Shown: positions 50,026 through 59,982 of the stretch, piece after piece
Position numbering within the stretch: the first letter of the stretch is position 1
Layout of the letters: the number at the start of each line of letters is the position of its first letter
Source of the DNA: an uncultured Candidatus Rokubacteria bacterium
Lineage (GTDB): Bacteria; Methylomirabilota; Methylomirabilia; Rokubacteriales; DASRDR01
Direction: 5' to 3'
DNA length: 64,000 nucleotides
Assembly (NCBI GenBank): GCA_963805625.1
Contig: CAWDVE010000010.1
Coordinates: 1,216,001 to 1,280,000 of the forward strand
Program-made: the position numbers and the translations under genes
The notes under the pieces: model-generated
The model's database searches: none
The model's input: the letters and a program-made list of their open reading frames with translations, nothing else
Told to the model about the DNA's origin: nothing

Positions 50026-51042
50026 ATGGATGACCTGGAGACCTCCGGAATGGCCATGCGATTCTGCGTGATCGGTGCAGGAAGCATGGGCTCCCTCTAC
50101 GGCGGGCTTCTGGCCCGCGCCGGCTTCGACGTGACCCTGCTCGACGTCTGGGCCGAGCACGTGGACGCCATCCGGCATGAGGGACTTCGGCTCGACGGCA
50201 TCACGGGCGACGTGGTCGTCCGGATCCCTGCGACCGTGCGCCCCGCGGAGGTTCCGCCCGCCGACGTCGCCCTCGTGCTCACGGACGCCAACGCGACCGT
50301 CGAGGCCGCCGCCGCCGCCCGGGCCCTGCTCCGTCCCGACGGATTCGCCGTGACGCTCCAGAACGGCATCGGGAACGTGGAGGCGCTCGCCGAGGCGCTC
50401 GGACCGACCCGGGTCGCTGGCGGACTCTCGTATCACAGCGCGGCCGTGCGGGGGCCCGGCCAGGTGAGCCACACCCACGCGGGGCCGACCTGGCTCGGCG
50501 AGCTGGACGGGGCCCGGACGCTCCGGCTCGAACGCCTCGCGACCGCCCTCCGGACCGCCGGGTTCGTGCCCACGATCGTCGAGGACATCCAGGGTCTCAT
50601 CTGGGCCAAGTTCATCCACAACTGCGCGATCAACGCGATCTGCGCCGTGACCGGCCTGCGGGTCGGGGAGATCTCCAGCCACCCCGGGGCCGACGAGCTG
50701 CAGACGCGCATCATCGAAGAGGCGCTCGCGGTCATGCGGGCGCAGGGCGTCGTCCTACCCGAACCCGATCCCATGCGTAGCATCAAGGAATTCTGCCGCA
50801 TGAAGTTCAACAAACCCTCGATGCTCCAGCACGTCGAGCAGGGCAAGCGGACCGAGATCGACGCCCTCAACGGCGCGATCGTCAAGGCCGGACGCCGGCT
50901 GGGAGTGCCGACACCCTACAACGAGGCGCTCGTGTGGCTCACCCGGGCCGTGGAGCAGCGCATGCGGCGCCTGGTTCACGAGGGATCACCCGACTACGCT
51001 CGGCTCGAGGCCGAGGCCAAGACCAAGACAGAGGCCCGGTGA
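50026..51042 (+). CDS. Ketopantoate reductase family (PanE/ApbA)
   Basis: VIGAGSMG, LQNGIGN, WAKFIHNCAIN, PSMLQH, RTEIDALNGAI. Confidence 0.9.
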   Translation: MDDLETSGMAMRFCVIGAGSMGSLYGGLLARAGFDVTLLDVWAEHVDAIRHEGLRLDGITGDVVVRIPATVRPAEVPPADVALVLTDANATVEAAAAARALLRPDGFAVTLQNGIGNVEALAEALGPTRVAGGLSYHSAAVRGPGQVSHTHAGPTWLGELDGARTLRLERLATALRTAGFVPTIVEDIQGLIWAKFIHNCAINAICAVTGLRVGEISSHPGADELQTRIIEEALAVMRAQGVVLPEPDPMRSIKEFCRMKFNKPSMLQHVEQGKRTEIDALNGAIVKAGRRLGVPTPYNEALVWLTRAVEQRMRRLVHEGSPDYARLEAEAKTKTEAR

Positions 51043-52337
51043 GCGTCGACGGGCTCCGCGTGAGACCGGACCGCAGCGGTCGGAACGGGTTTCCCTCGAC
51101 CGCGCCGGACGTCGTGCCAGGCGCGATGGCCATGCCGGCCGCCGCCGGCGCCTCGCCCCTCCAGGGCCGCGGCATCGTCTGCATGTCGTCCATCGACTGG
51201 GAATTTAACTGGCAAGGTCACCAGCAGATCATGTCCGCACTGGCCGAGCGGGGCAATCATGTGCTGTTCGTGGAGAACACGGGCGTGCGGGCACCCACGC
51301 TCACGGATCTGCCTCGCCTCGTGGCGCGCGTGCGCAACCGCTGGCGGAGCCCGGGGCCGCTCAGGCGGGAGCGTGACCGGCTCCACGTTCACTCGCCGCT
51401 GGCGCTTCCGTTCCCCTATGCGCGGATCGCGCGCGCGGTGAATCGTACCCTCGTGCTGCACCACGTCCGCCGCTGGATGCGGGTGACCAGCGTGCGCGCG
51501 CCGGTCCTCTGGACCTTCCTCTCCACCCCCCTTGTGCTGGATCTCATCGAGGCGATCCGCCCTGCGCTGAGCGTGTACTACTGCGCGGACGACCTCCCAG
51601 AGACCTCGGCCGGGGCCCGGAAGATCCTGCCGAGCGAGACGCGGCTCTTTCGAGAGGCGGACCTCGTGTTCGTCACCGCCGAGCGCCTGCGGGCTCGCGC
51701 GGCGGCCTCCCGCTCCCAGGTCGACGTGTTCCCATTCGGGGTCGACCTGGAGCCTTTCGAGCGCGCGCGCGACGGGAACGGACCCCTGCCCGCGGACATC
51801 GCGTCCCTGCCCCACCCGATCGTGGGGTTCGTCGGCGAGGTGAAGCGCTGGATCGACGAGGCGCTCCTGATCGAGGTCGCGGCGAGGATGCCACACGCCA
51901 GCTTCGTCCTCGTCGGGCCGATCGGAACCGACGCGTCACGCCTCGCCCGGCGCCCGAACGTGCACCTCCTGGGGCCGCGCCCGCACGCCGAGGTGCCCCA
52001 CTACCTCAAGGCTTTCGACGTCGCGATCATCCCGTACCGGCTGGCCAACGTCACGGCGGCCATCTATCCGGCCAAGCTGAACGAGTACCTGGCGATGGGG
52101 TTACCCGTCGTCTCCACGCCGATCGCGGAGCTGGTCCGCTTCGACGCGTCGCACCGCCACGTGATCTCGCTGGCCGGCAACCCCGGAGCCTTCGCGAGCG
52201 CGATCCGCGCGGCGCTCTCCAGCCGAGCGTCCGAGGCCGCCGCCCGCCGCGTGGCGGTGGCGCGAGGAAACGCCTGGGATCCCCGCATCGACCACATGGT
52301 CGCTCTCGTCGAGAAGGCCCTGGCCGCCCGCGCGTGA
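51039..52337 (+). CDS. GT-B glycosyltransferase (GT4-like)
   Basis: SIDW..NWQGHQ, YYCADD, FDVAIIPY, PAKLNEYLAMGLPVV; start GTG 51039 or ATG 51126. Confidence 0.85.
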   Translation: MSVDGLRVRPDRSGRNGFPSTAPDVVPGAMAMPAAAGASPLQGRGIVCMSSIDWEFNWQGHQQIMSALAERGNHVLFVENTGVRAPTLTDLPRLVARVRNRWRSPGPLRRERDRLHVHSPLALPFPYARIARAVNRTLVLHHVRRWMRVTSVRAPVLWTFLSTPLVLDLIEAIRPALSVYYCADDLPETSAGARKILPSETRLFREADLVFVTAERLRARAAASRSQVDVFPFGVDLEPFERARDGNGPLPADIASLPHPIVGFVGEVKRWIDEALLIEVAARMPHASFVLVGPIGTDASRLARRPNVHLLGPRPHAEVPHYLKAFDVAIIPYRLANVTAAIYPAKLNEYLAMGLPVVSTPIAELVRFDASHRHVISLAGNPGAFASAIRAALSSRASEAAARRVAVARGNAWDPRIDHMVALVEKALAARA

Positions 52338-52364
52338 CCGACGCCGTGGTATAACCAAGCAGCC

Positions 52365-52940
52365 ATGGCGATCTTCACGGGACGGATCGAGCGGGCCATC
52401 GCGCTTGCCATCCGGGCCCACGAGGCCCAAGTCCGGAAGGGGGACGGGCAGCTCCCCTACGTGGTCCACCCGGTCACCGTCGCCCTGATCCTCTCGCGCT
52501 ACACGGGGGACGAGGACACGATCATCGCGGGCCTCCTCCACGACACCCTCGAGGACACGCTCGTGACCGCGGAGGAGATCGAGCAAGCATTCGGCGAGAA
52601 GGTCCGCGACACGGTCCGCGATGTGACCGAGCCCGACCTGCCGGGCCTCTCGTGGGAAACGCGCAGGGCCCGTTACCTCAGGCGGCTGCAGACGGCGCCG
52701 AGGCCCGCCCTGCTGGTGGCGGGCGCGGACAAGATCGCGAACCTGATCTCCATGATCGCCGCACACGCGAGCGCAGGTGACGCGCTCTGGGAGCGGTTCC
52801 ACGCGTCGCCCGCCCTGAAGCTCGGATTCTATCGCCAGGTCCACACGCTGATCCGGGGATCCTGGTCCGGCTGCCCGCTCCTGCAGGAGTACGGCAACCG
52901 CCTGGAGGAGGCCGAGCGCAAGCTCGGGGCCCGACTCTGA
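52365..52940 (+). CDS. Stand-alone HD-domain protein of RelA/SpoT hydrolase (Mesh1-like) type
   Basis: AHEAQVRK...PYVVHP...AGLLHDTLEDT...ADKIANL. Confidence 0.85.
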   Translation: MAIFTGRIERAIALAIRAHEAQVRKGDGQLPYVVHPVTVALILSRYTGDEDTIIAGLLHDTLEDTLVTAEEIEQAFGEKVRDTVRDVTEPDLPGLSWETRRARYLRRLQTAPRPALLVAGADKIANLISMIAAHASAGDALWERFHASPALKLGFYRQVHTLIRGSWSGCPLLQEYGNRLEEAERKLGARL

Positions 52941-53016
52941 GCGGCGGTCCGGCTGCCGTTCAGCCGGGACCCGCCGATCGTGCTGGTCACGACACATCCC
53001 AAACGCTCGACGCGCG

Positions 53017-54237
53017 TCAGCGCTGGCGGCGACCCGCCGCCCAGAAGCTCGCCGCGGCCAGCCCCAGCGCCGCGATGGACGTGACGAAGGCGTATCGGTA
53101 GCTCCCGGTGAGATCGTAGATCACCCCCCCGAGCCACGGCCCGATGGCTGACCCCACCCGGTTGCCGAAGGTGACGACGCCGAGCACGGCCCCGAAGCTC
53201 CGGCCGCGGTAGACATCCGCCGTCAGCGCCGCGACGATCGGGCCCCTAGCCCCGAGCGTCAGGCCGAACGCCAGCACGTAGGCCCACAGGAGCCACCCGG
53301 GCGTTCCGGGCGCGAGGAGGAGTAGGGCCAGCGTTCCGGCCGCCGTTGCCACGTAGCTCACCAGCGCCGTTGGAACCCGGCCCCACCGGTCGGAGAGCGT
53401 ACCGAACGTCACGCGCCCGACGGCTGACAGGAGGCCGACCGCTCCGAACGCGGCCGCCGCCCGCCGCGGGTCGATCCCAGCCTCCACGATGTGCGCGACC
53501 TGATGCGTCGTCACCATGAAGTTCGAGACCGGCGTGAAGAAGAACGCGGCCGCGAAGCACCAAAAGCGCGGCGTCGCAAGGGCCGCCGCGAGCCCTGGGC
53601 CCTCGTCGGTCCGCTCGAGGCCGTGGGCGGGAAGATGGGCCGGTTCCGCCAGCCTCCGCGGCGGGAGCACGACCGCCGGCAGGAGGAGGAGCCCGGCGCC
53701 CATGCCGAGGCCCGCCATCGCCCAGCGCCACCCCACCCGGTCGATCAGCAGCGCGGCGAGCGGCCCGAAAAGGAAGATGCCGAGCCCCATCCCCGAGAAC
53801 GCCACGCCATTCACCGCGCCCCGCGCGGTGGGGAACCAGCGGCTCAGGATGACCAATTGGGCGACGCTGCCCAGGAGTCCAGCGCCCACCCCTGCAACCC
53901 CGCCGAACCACAGGAGGAGGCCCAGAGGCGAATCGGCGGTGGCCGCGAGGGCGACGCCTCCGCCGAGGATCACCGCGCCCGCCAGCATGACCGGACGCTC
54001 GCCAAGCCGCCGCATGAGGGCGTCCACGATCGTCCCCACCAGCCCCATCACGAGGTTATGCGCCGAGAAGACGGCCGCCGACAGGCTTCGCAAGCCGCCC
54101 AGCTCGCTGGAGATCGGGAGGAGAAAGACGGGGAAGCTGTTCGACAGCCCCTGCGCGAGCACGACCGTCACGAAGGCGCCGGCGAGAGCCCGCCAGCGCG
54201 GCTCCCGGGATGCCGTCAGCCACGCAGAGGGGATCAT
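53017..54237 (-). CDS. MFS transporter
   Basis: About 12 hydrophobic segments; SRWFPTARG, GTLSDRWGR, GGVIYDLTGSY. Confidence 0.9.
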   Translation of the reverse strand: MIPSAWLTASREPRWRALAGAFVTVVLAQGLSNSFPVFLLPISSELGGLRSLSAAVFSAHNLVMGLVGTIVDALMRRLGERPVMLAGAVILGGGVALAATADSPLGLLLWFGGVAGVGAGLLGSVAQLVILSRWFPTARGAVNGVAFSGMGLGIFLFGPLAALLIDRVGWRWAMAGLGMGAGLLLLPAVVLPPRRLAEPAHLPAHGLERTDEGPGLAAALATPRFWCFAAAFFFTPVSNFMVTTHQVAHIVEAGIDPRRAAAAFGAVGLLSAVGRVTFGTLSDRWGRVPTALVSYVATAAGTLALLLLAPGTPGWLLWAYVLAFGLTLGARGPIVAALTADVYRGRSFGAVLGVVTFGNRVGSAIGPWLGGVIYDLTGSYRYAFVTSIAALGLAAASFWAAGRRQR

Positions 54238-54324
54238 GCGTGGCAGGATGCGCTCGGTGGGTCAGCCCCGTCCAGCGGCGCGCCGGGCGACGCGGCGATC
54301 GTGGCCCGACCCGCGCGGACAGCG

Positions 54325-54925
54325 TCAGTCCGCGCGGTAGCCTACGAGCGCGGCCGCGCGCGAGCGACGGTCCACGGTCGAAAGGCGCCGGATCATCGCC
54401 GGCGTCAAGAGCGCGCGATGCCGGATGACGGCCAGGTGCTCGGCGACCCACCAGAGATCATCCGCCGACGTCATCCAGCCGGGGCGAAGCCGATCGAAGT
54501 GGGCGAGGTTGACCGGCGGCGAGTAGGCTCTGAGGGTCCGCTCCCCGCGAAGGTTCATGTACCCGTCGAAGTAGCTCATCACGAGCTCTCGGAGACCGCG
54601 GTAGACCGGCTCGCGGTACCGGAGTCCCGTGAAGTTCGACTTGGCAATGGCCCCCCAGCGGCCGTCGACTCGGAACACGGCCACGACGTGATCGGTGTCC
54701 TGCACCGCCTCGAGATCCAGGAGGAGCGGGGGGAAGCCCAGGGCGCGCAGCGCCGCGGCGGCGAAGATCGCTCCTTCCAGGCAGTGCGCGGTCCGCTCCC
54801 GCAGGACCTGACGTGGCGACCAAGCGGTCCGCGCGAGATGATAGGGCATCGCGTCCAGGGCGCGCTGGACGCCCGCGGGGGTGTGGAGGACGCGCAGAGC
54901 GCGCCACTCACCCGGAGTGAAGCCG
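54325..54925 (-). CDS. Conserved hypothetical protein, transglutaminase-like Cys-His pattern
   Basis: SPRQVLRERTAHCLEGA, DHVVAVF, WGAIAKSNFTGLRYREPVY; protein-like sequence extends upstream of the ATG at 54849. Confidence 0.7.
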
Positions 54926-55040
54926 CGCGCGGCCGGCGGGGTGGCGGCGAGACGGTACGGTCTCCCGTGAGGAACCCGGCGAGACGTGAGGCGGACCGGC
55001 AGGCGCCGAGAGCGGGTCAGACGCAGGGCTCGCGGGAGGC

Positions 55041-55709
55041 TTAGCGGCAGACGGACCGGGTCGAGGTCGGAACCCAGACGGTCATGCGCTGACCGTCGGG
55101 ATACACGCGCATCTCCCAGTGGCCCGCGACGGTGACGGTCTCACAGCCCGCGGGGGGCGCCGCAGCCGACGCGGCTCCAGGAGCGGATGGCGCGGCCCCC
55201 GTGGCGGGGTCAGGGGGAGCTCCCAGGGGCTCGGGAGTCGGCGCCAGCGAACTAGGGGTGTCGAATGCCGGAGGTCCTGGCGGAGGTGGCGCTGAGCCCA
55301 GATAGGTGGCTCCAGGCGCATAGGCCGGATAGGCCGAATACCCCGGAGACACGGGATATGCAGGATACGGCGCGTACGCCGGATAGGGATAGACAGGATA
55401 CGCGGGCGCCGCGTAGACCCGCGGATAGGCCCAGAACGGAGCTGTCAGGAGCGTCCCGACGCCGACCCCGAAAGCGAAGCCACCGCCGTACCAGCCGGAC
55501 CCATATCCGTAGCCATGCCCGTAGCCGCGTCCATAGCCACGCCCGTGACCCGACCAGTGTTGCCAGCGAGCGCCGCCCCCGCTGTAGCCTCCGTGCCCGC
55601 GCGATCCGCCTCCGCCCCCCCGCGGACCCGGCGCCGCGGCGACCAGCGTGGGCACCAGCAGGAGCCCGATCGCCACAATCAGCGCGCCCCGGATCGTTCC
55701 TCGTCTCAC
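55041..55709 (-). CDS. Secreted Gly/Tyr/Pro-rich low-complexity protein
   Basis: GGAGG RBS, signal peptide, GYG repeats, YPAY repeats, C-terminal CETVTVAGHW...WVP...CR. Confidence 0.7.
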   Translation of the reverse strand: MRRGTIRGALIVAIGLLLVPTLVAAAPGPRGGGGGSRGHGGYSGGGARWQHWSGHGRGYGRGYGHGYGYGSGWYGGGFAFGVGVGTLLTAPFWAYPRVYAAPAYPVYPYPAYAPYPAYPVSPGYSAYPAYAPGATYLGSAPPPPGPPAFDTPSSLAPTPEPLGAPPDPATGAAPSAPGAASAAAPPAGCETVTVAGHWEMRVYPDGQRMTVWVPTSTRSVCR

Positions 55710-55752
55710 GGCTCCCCTCCACCGGCACGCCCTGAACATCGCGCCAGAGCCA

Positions 55753-56304
55753 CTATACACCCGGCCGGAGGAACCAGTCCTCGAGCGCCTCGCGAGTGCT
55801 CCGGAAAGCCAGCGCGTCCCAGGGGATCTCTTGGCGGGCGAAATAGCGAGTCTCGCTCACCTCGTGGGCGTCGGCCGCGGCCTCGAGACCATGGGGCACC
55901 GTGACGTGGTATGCGACGATCACGACCGGCGCGTCCGCGTACGAGTAGATCCCGACCAGCCCGCCCGGCTCGAGGTCGAGGCCCACCTCCTCGCGCATCT
56001 CGCGACGCGCGGCTGCCGCCACGCTCTCCCCCCAGTCGACGTATCCGCCCGGAAACGTCCAGAGACCGTGGGAGGGCTCGATCGCCCGGCGGGTCAGCAG
56101 CACGCGCCCGTCGCGCACCGGAATGGTCACCGCCACGATCTTCGGATGGAGGTAGCAGACGAAGCCGCATCCGCTGCACACGGGGTACTCACGCATGTCC
56201 CGGGAGACGATCCGGCGCACGACGGTCGCCCCGCAGAGCGGGCAGAAGCGGAGCGTGTCCGGCCTGAGCTCTCGCTCCGGCACCAAGGGCTTCCGCTCAG
56301 CCAT
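55753..56304 (-). CDS. NUDIX hydrolase with N-terminal zinc ribbon
   Basis: FCPLCG...CSGCG; [10 protein letters not shown]...[11 protein letters not shown] Nudix box. Confidence 0.92.
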   Translation of the reverse strand: MAERKPLVPERELRPDTLRFCPLCGATVVRRIVSRDMREYPVCSGCGFVCYLHPKIVAVTIPVRDGRVLLTRRAIEPSHGLWTFPGGYVDWGESVAAAARREMREEVGLDLEPGGLVGIYSYADAPVVIVAYHVTVPHGLEAAADAHEVSETRYFARQEIPWDALAFRSTREALEDWFLRPGV

Positions 56305-58033
56305 CGGCGGTCCTCCGCTCGGAATCCGTGCGGAGCGCGGTCGAATCCGGGTTACCGGCGTGGTAGCGGGCGAAGAGAGGGTGGAGATCCCGGGCGCATG
56401 TCACCGCACGGAAGTCGAACGCGACACTGGGCGGCGTCACCAGGAACGCGTACAGCTCGTCCTCTGACGGGCCGGCGTGGCTCCCCCGCTCGTCGAGGTA
56501 ATTCACGCAGCCGGCGTCCGCGTAGTGCCCGTACAGGATGACGTCGCCGCCCGAGGGCATGCTGAGGAGGTCCTGCAAGCCCCGCACGACGATGTCGCGA
56601 TCGGGTCGGTCGAACACGGGACAGCCCGTCGTGCCGGGGGGCGGGGGGATCCGGACCACCTCGCCTCGATAGTAGCACAGGAGTCCCTGGGCATCCCGGG
56701 CGAGGACGAAGCCGATCGCCGCGTGCCGCGACAAACGCGAGAGCGCGCCGGGATAGCGGGCCTCGATCTCCTCCGCCAGCACGCGCGCGGTCGTGTGGAT
56801 CAGATACACGTTCACGTTGGGGCCCGCCGGGACAATGCAGAAGTCGCCGACCCACACGGCGTTCCGCTCGCGCATCGGGCGCCCCGTGGCGGCAAGGAAC
56901 CGCTGCCACCTGCCGGTGAACGGCCACAGTGGCAGCGGCGGATCGACGTCGCTCTTCGGTCCCGTTGGCCGCATCGACTGCGCTGGCGCGACCGGCGACG
57001 GCGATCCGCCCACGGCCCCCGCTGCGGGGCCGAAGCAGCCGATGATCGCCTCGGCCACGGACACCCCGCCCGCCACGGCGTGGAACGGGACCGAGCGGAT
57101 CTGACCGTGATCCGACAGGACGAAGAGGTCGTACCCGTGCTCCGGAACTCGGCGCAGGACTCGCGCGAAGCGTGCGATGCTCCGGTCGACGCCCCGGAGG
57201 GCGCGCAAGGCCTCAGGATGGCGCGGGCCGAGATCGTGGGCAGCCACGTCGTAGTCCACGAAGTTCACGAAGAGGGCCGGCACGCCCGCGTACAGGTCGA
57301 CCGTCACTCCGAGGGTGAAGAGCTCGCGCAGCCAGCCGCCGATCAGGAGCTGCGTGAGCATCCGTCGGAACGACGTCACGCGGCGGCCCAGGCTGAAGTC
57401 CCGGAGCGCCCCACCGAGCCAGCTGAGGAGCTCCCACAACGAGACGACCGACATCTTCGCGACCAGCCAGCCCAGGATCAGGCACGACACGATCAGGGTC
57501 CGGAAGCCGGCCCGCCCCCAGAACGGATGAGTCTGAAGGACGTGGGCGAAGGTGAGCACCGTGTCGTCGGCCCCACCCCCGAACACACACCCGTAGGTGC
57601 GACCCCCGCGGACGATGCCCTGCCCCGGCCGGGCGTGGGCGGCCTCCACGGCCGCCGCATCCCATGGCCGCGGGAACCACCGATAGGTCCCCGTCCGCTT
57701 GTCGAGGAACTCGAAGCCCGGGACGTCGACAGGGCCGCCGTACATCAGGCCCGCCTGGAACGCCGGCGTGGAGGTTGGCAGGCCGGACGGGATGGCGTGG
57801 AGCTCGACGGCCCCCCTGTGGATGAGCCTCCCGAGCGCCGGCATGCGCCTCCGAGTGGTGGCCTCCCGCACAACCTCGTGAGAGCATCCGCAGATCTGGA
57901 CCACGAGGAACCGCCTTGTGGGAGCCGCCGGGGCCGGCGGCATCCGGGTGATCCGGGCCCACCGGGCGAGCCTGTCGAGCAGACCGACAACGCTTCGGCC
58001 CGGGGCGGACCACCAGTGGGTGGATCTGGTCAT
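56297..58033 (-). CDS. Alkaline phosphatase superfamily (type I phosphodiesterase-like) protein
   Basis: [31 protein letters not shown]; start uncertain. Confidence 0.78.
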   Translation of the reverse strand: MTRSTHWWSAPGRSVVGLLDRLARWARITRMPPAPAAPTRRFLVVQICGCSHEVVREATTRRRMPALGRLIHRGAVELHAIPSGLPTSTPAFQAGLMYGGPVDVPGFEFLDKRTGTYRWFPRPWDAAAVEAAHARPGQGIVRGGRTYGCVFGGGADDTVLTFAHVLQTHPFWGRAGFRTLIVSCLILGWLVAKMSVVSLWELLSWLGGALRDFSLGRRVTSFRRMLTQLLIGGWLRELFTLGVTVDLYAGVPALFVNFVDYDVAAHDLGPRHPEALRALRGVDRSIARFARVLRRVPEHGYDLFVLSDHGQIRSVPFHAVAGGVSVAEAIIGCFGPAAGAVGGSPSPVAPAQSMRPTGPKSDVDPPLPLWPFTGRWQRFLAATGRPMRERNAVWVGDFCIVPAGPNVNVYLIHTTARVLAEEIEARYPGALSRLSRHAAIGFVLARDAQGLLCYYRGEVVRIPPPPGTTGCPVFDRPDRDIVVRGLQDLLSMPSGGDVILYGHYADAGCVNYLDERGSHAGPSEDELYAFLVTPPSVAFDFRAVTCARDLHPLFARYHAGNPDSTALRTDSERRTADG

Positions 58034-58116
58034 CGACCCCGATCCTACGGTCGGGGCACCCTTCGGGCAACGATCGCCTTGCGCCCCGGAGAGCGCCTCT
58101 GCTACCGTTTCGAATC

Positions 58117-58323
58117 ATGGCCGAGCGAGAACCTGCGGGACCCTTCTGCTTCGACTGCGTCTGGTTTCCCGAGGCGCCCGCGGACCTCGAGGAGTCGGCG
58201 CCGGACCGGGCCGCCAGCCGAAGCCTCACCGCCGACTTCCTCTGCCCGCATATCCGGCGTCGCGTCGTCCCCACCTACGCGGCCCACTGCCCCGACTATC
58301 AGGAATCTGCCGGGGACCGCTGA
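58117..58323 (+). CDS. Small Cys/His-rich hypothetical protein
   Basis: CFDC...CPH...HCPDY; TTGCGC-18-TACCGT (extended -10) 8 nt before the ATG; 9 nt from trkA. Confidence 0.6.
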   Translation: MAEREPAGPFCFDCVWFPEAPADLEESAPDRAASRSLTADFLCPHIRRRVVPTYAAHCPDYQESAGDR

Positions 58324-58332
58324 GCGGCGGAC

Positions 58333-59679
58333 GTGCGCATCATCGTGATCGGCGCCGGCGAAGTGGGCTACCACATCGCCGCCCGCCTGTCCCACGAGGC
58401 GCACGAGATCGTGGTCATCGAGCGCCACCCGGAGGTCGTGCGCCGGGTGGAGGAGACCCTGCGGATCCGGGCCATCGAGGCGGACGGTTCGTCGCCCCGA
58501 GCCCTCGAGGCGGCGGGCGTCCAGGACGCCGCGATGGTGATCGCGGTGGCGGACGTCGACGAGGTCAACATCGTGGCCTGCGCCATCGCGCACCAGTACG
58601 GCGTCGCCACCAAGATCGCGCGGGTCCGCGACATCGAGCTCGGCGAGCATCCCATCCTGGCCGGCGGCAAGGTGCTCGGGATCGACCTCCTGATCAATCC
58701 GACGCAGGTCGTCGCCGATGAGATCCTGCGCGTCATCAAGACGACCGGGGCGGCCGAGGTGGCGGACTTCGCCGACGGCCGCGTCCAGCTCCTAGGCGTC
58801 AAGGTGGGTGCCAAGGCGCCCCTCGTCAACCGGCGCCTCCGCGACCTCCGCTCGGTCCAGGCGTCCGCGCCCTTCCGCGTCGTCGGGATCGCGCGAGGTG
58901 AGCGCCTCATCGTGCCGACAAACGATACCGTGCTCGCCGCCGAGGACCACGTGTACGTCGTGAGTCGCCGGGACGTGATCCCGGACATCCTGGTCCTCAT
59001 GGGCCGCACGGCGGCGGCCACCCGGCAGGTCTTCATCATCGGAGGCGGGCGCATCGGTCTCGAGGTGGCGCGCGCGCTCGAGGCCGACGAGATCGCCGTG
59101 ACGGTGCTGGAGCGGAACCGCAGCCGCTACGACGAGCTCACGCGCGAGCTTGCCCGTGCCCGGGTAGTGCAGGGCGACGGCACGGACGTCAAGCTCCTGG
59201 TGGACGAGGACATCGGCTCGGCCGACGCTATCGCCACGCTCACCGACGACGATCCCACGAACCTCCTGGCCGGGCTCCTGGGCAAGCGGCACGGCGCGAA
59301 GAAGGCCGTCGCCCTGTTCAAGCGTCAGGACCTCATCCCCCTCGTTGGATCGCTCGGGATCGACGCGGCGATCAGCCCGCGCCTGCTCACGGCCAGCGTG
59401 ATCCTGAAGTACGTGCGGGGTAAACGGGTCGTCTCGGTGTTCGAGCTCCCGGAGAGCGAGGCGGAGACGCTGGAAGTGGTCGTGCAGCAGGACACGCCGG
59501 CCGCGGACCGGTCGATCGAGGCGCTGGGCCTACCGGCCGACGCGCTGGTCGGCGCGGTGGTCCGCGGCGATCAGATACTCACGGCGGACCACGACCGCGT
59601 CCTGGCGGTGGGCGACCACGTGATCCTGCTCGCCTTGCCGCGGGCCATCCCCACCGTGGAGCGCCTCTTCGGGCTGTAG
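58333..59679 (+). CDS. trkA: Trk potassium uptake regulatory subunit
   Basis: Two RCK_N domains (GAGEVG, GGGRIG), TKIARVR, AAISPR. Confidence 0.92.
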   Translation: MRIIVIGAGEVGYHIAARLSHEAHEIVVIERHPEVVRRVEETLRIRAIEADGSSPRALEAAGVQDAAMVIAVADVDEVNIVACAIAHQYGVATKIARVRDIELGEHPILAGGKVLGIDLLINPTQVVADEILRVIKTTGAAEVADFADGRVQLLGVKVGAKAPLVNRRLRDLRSVQASAPFRVVGIARGERLIVPTNDTVLAAEDHVYVVSRRDVIPDILVLMGRTAAATRQVFIIGGGRIGLEVARALEADEIAVTVLERNRSRYDELTRELARARVVQGDGTDVKLLVDEDIGSADAIATLTDDDPTNLLAGLLGKRHGAKKAVALFKRQDLIPLVGSLGIDAAISPRLLTASVILKYVRGKRVVSVFELPESEAETLEVVVQQDTPAADRSIEALGLPADALVGAVVRGDQILTADHDRVLAVGDHVILLALPRAIPTVERLFGL

Positions 59680-59688
59680 GCAGCCCCG

Positions 59689-59895
59689 CTACGCGGGGCG
59701 CTCGTCTTCGGGCGCGGGCGCGGGCGGCGGCGTGTCGGGACCGCCCACCATCGCGTCCCAGTCGATCGGCGGGCCGCCGCCCCCGACCTCGCCCTCCTTC
59801 GCCCCTTCCTTCTTCCGCTCGGCCTTCGCGTCGCGCTTGGCCTTCCGGGCCTGCTCTCTGCGCCACTTCTCACCGCTGTAGGATCGTCGCCCCAT
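59689..59895 (-). CDS. Small charged hypothetical protein
   Basis: GGAGG RBS; MGRRSYSGEKWRREQARKAKRDAKAERKK...GPPIDWD. Confidence 0.55.
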   Translation of the reverse strand: MGRRSYSGEKWRREQARKAKRDAKAERKKEGAKEGEVGGGGPPIDWDAMVGGPDTPPPAPAPEDERPA

Positions 59896-59982
59896 GCTCC
59901 CCTCCGCGCCGGCGTGTTGAGATGCCAAGGCCCTCCCGGAGGCCCGGAAGGGCCGCTCTTCGCCCGTCCCGATCGCGAGCGC

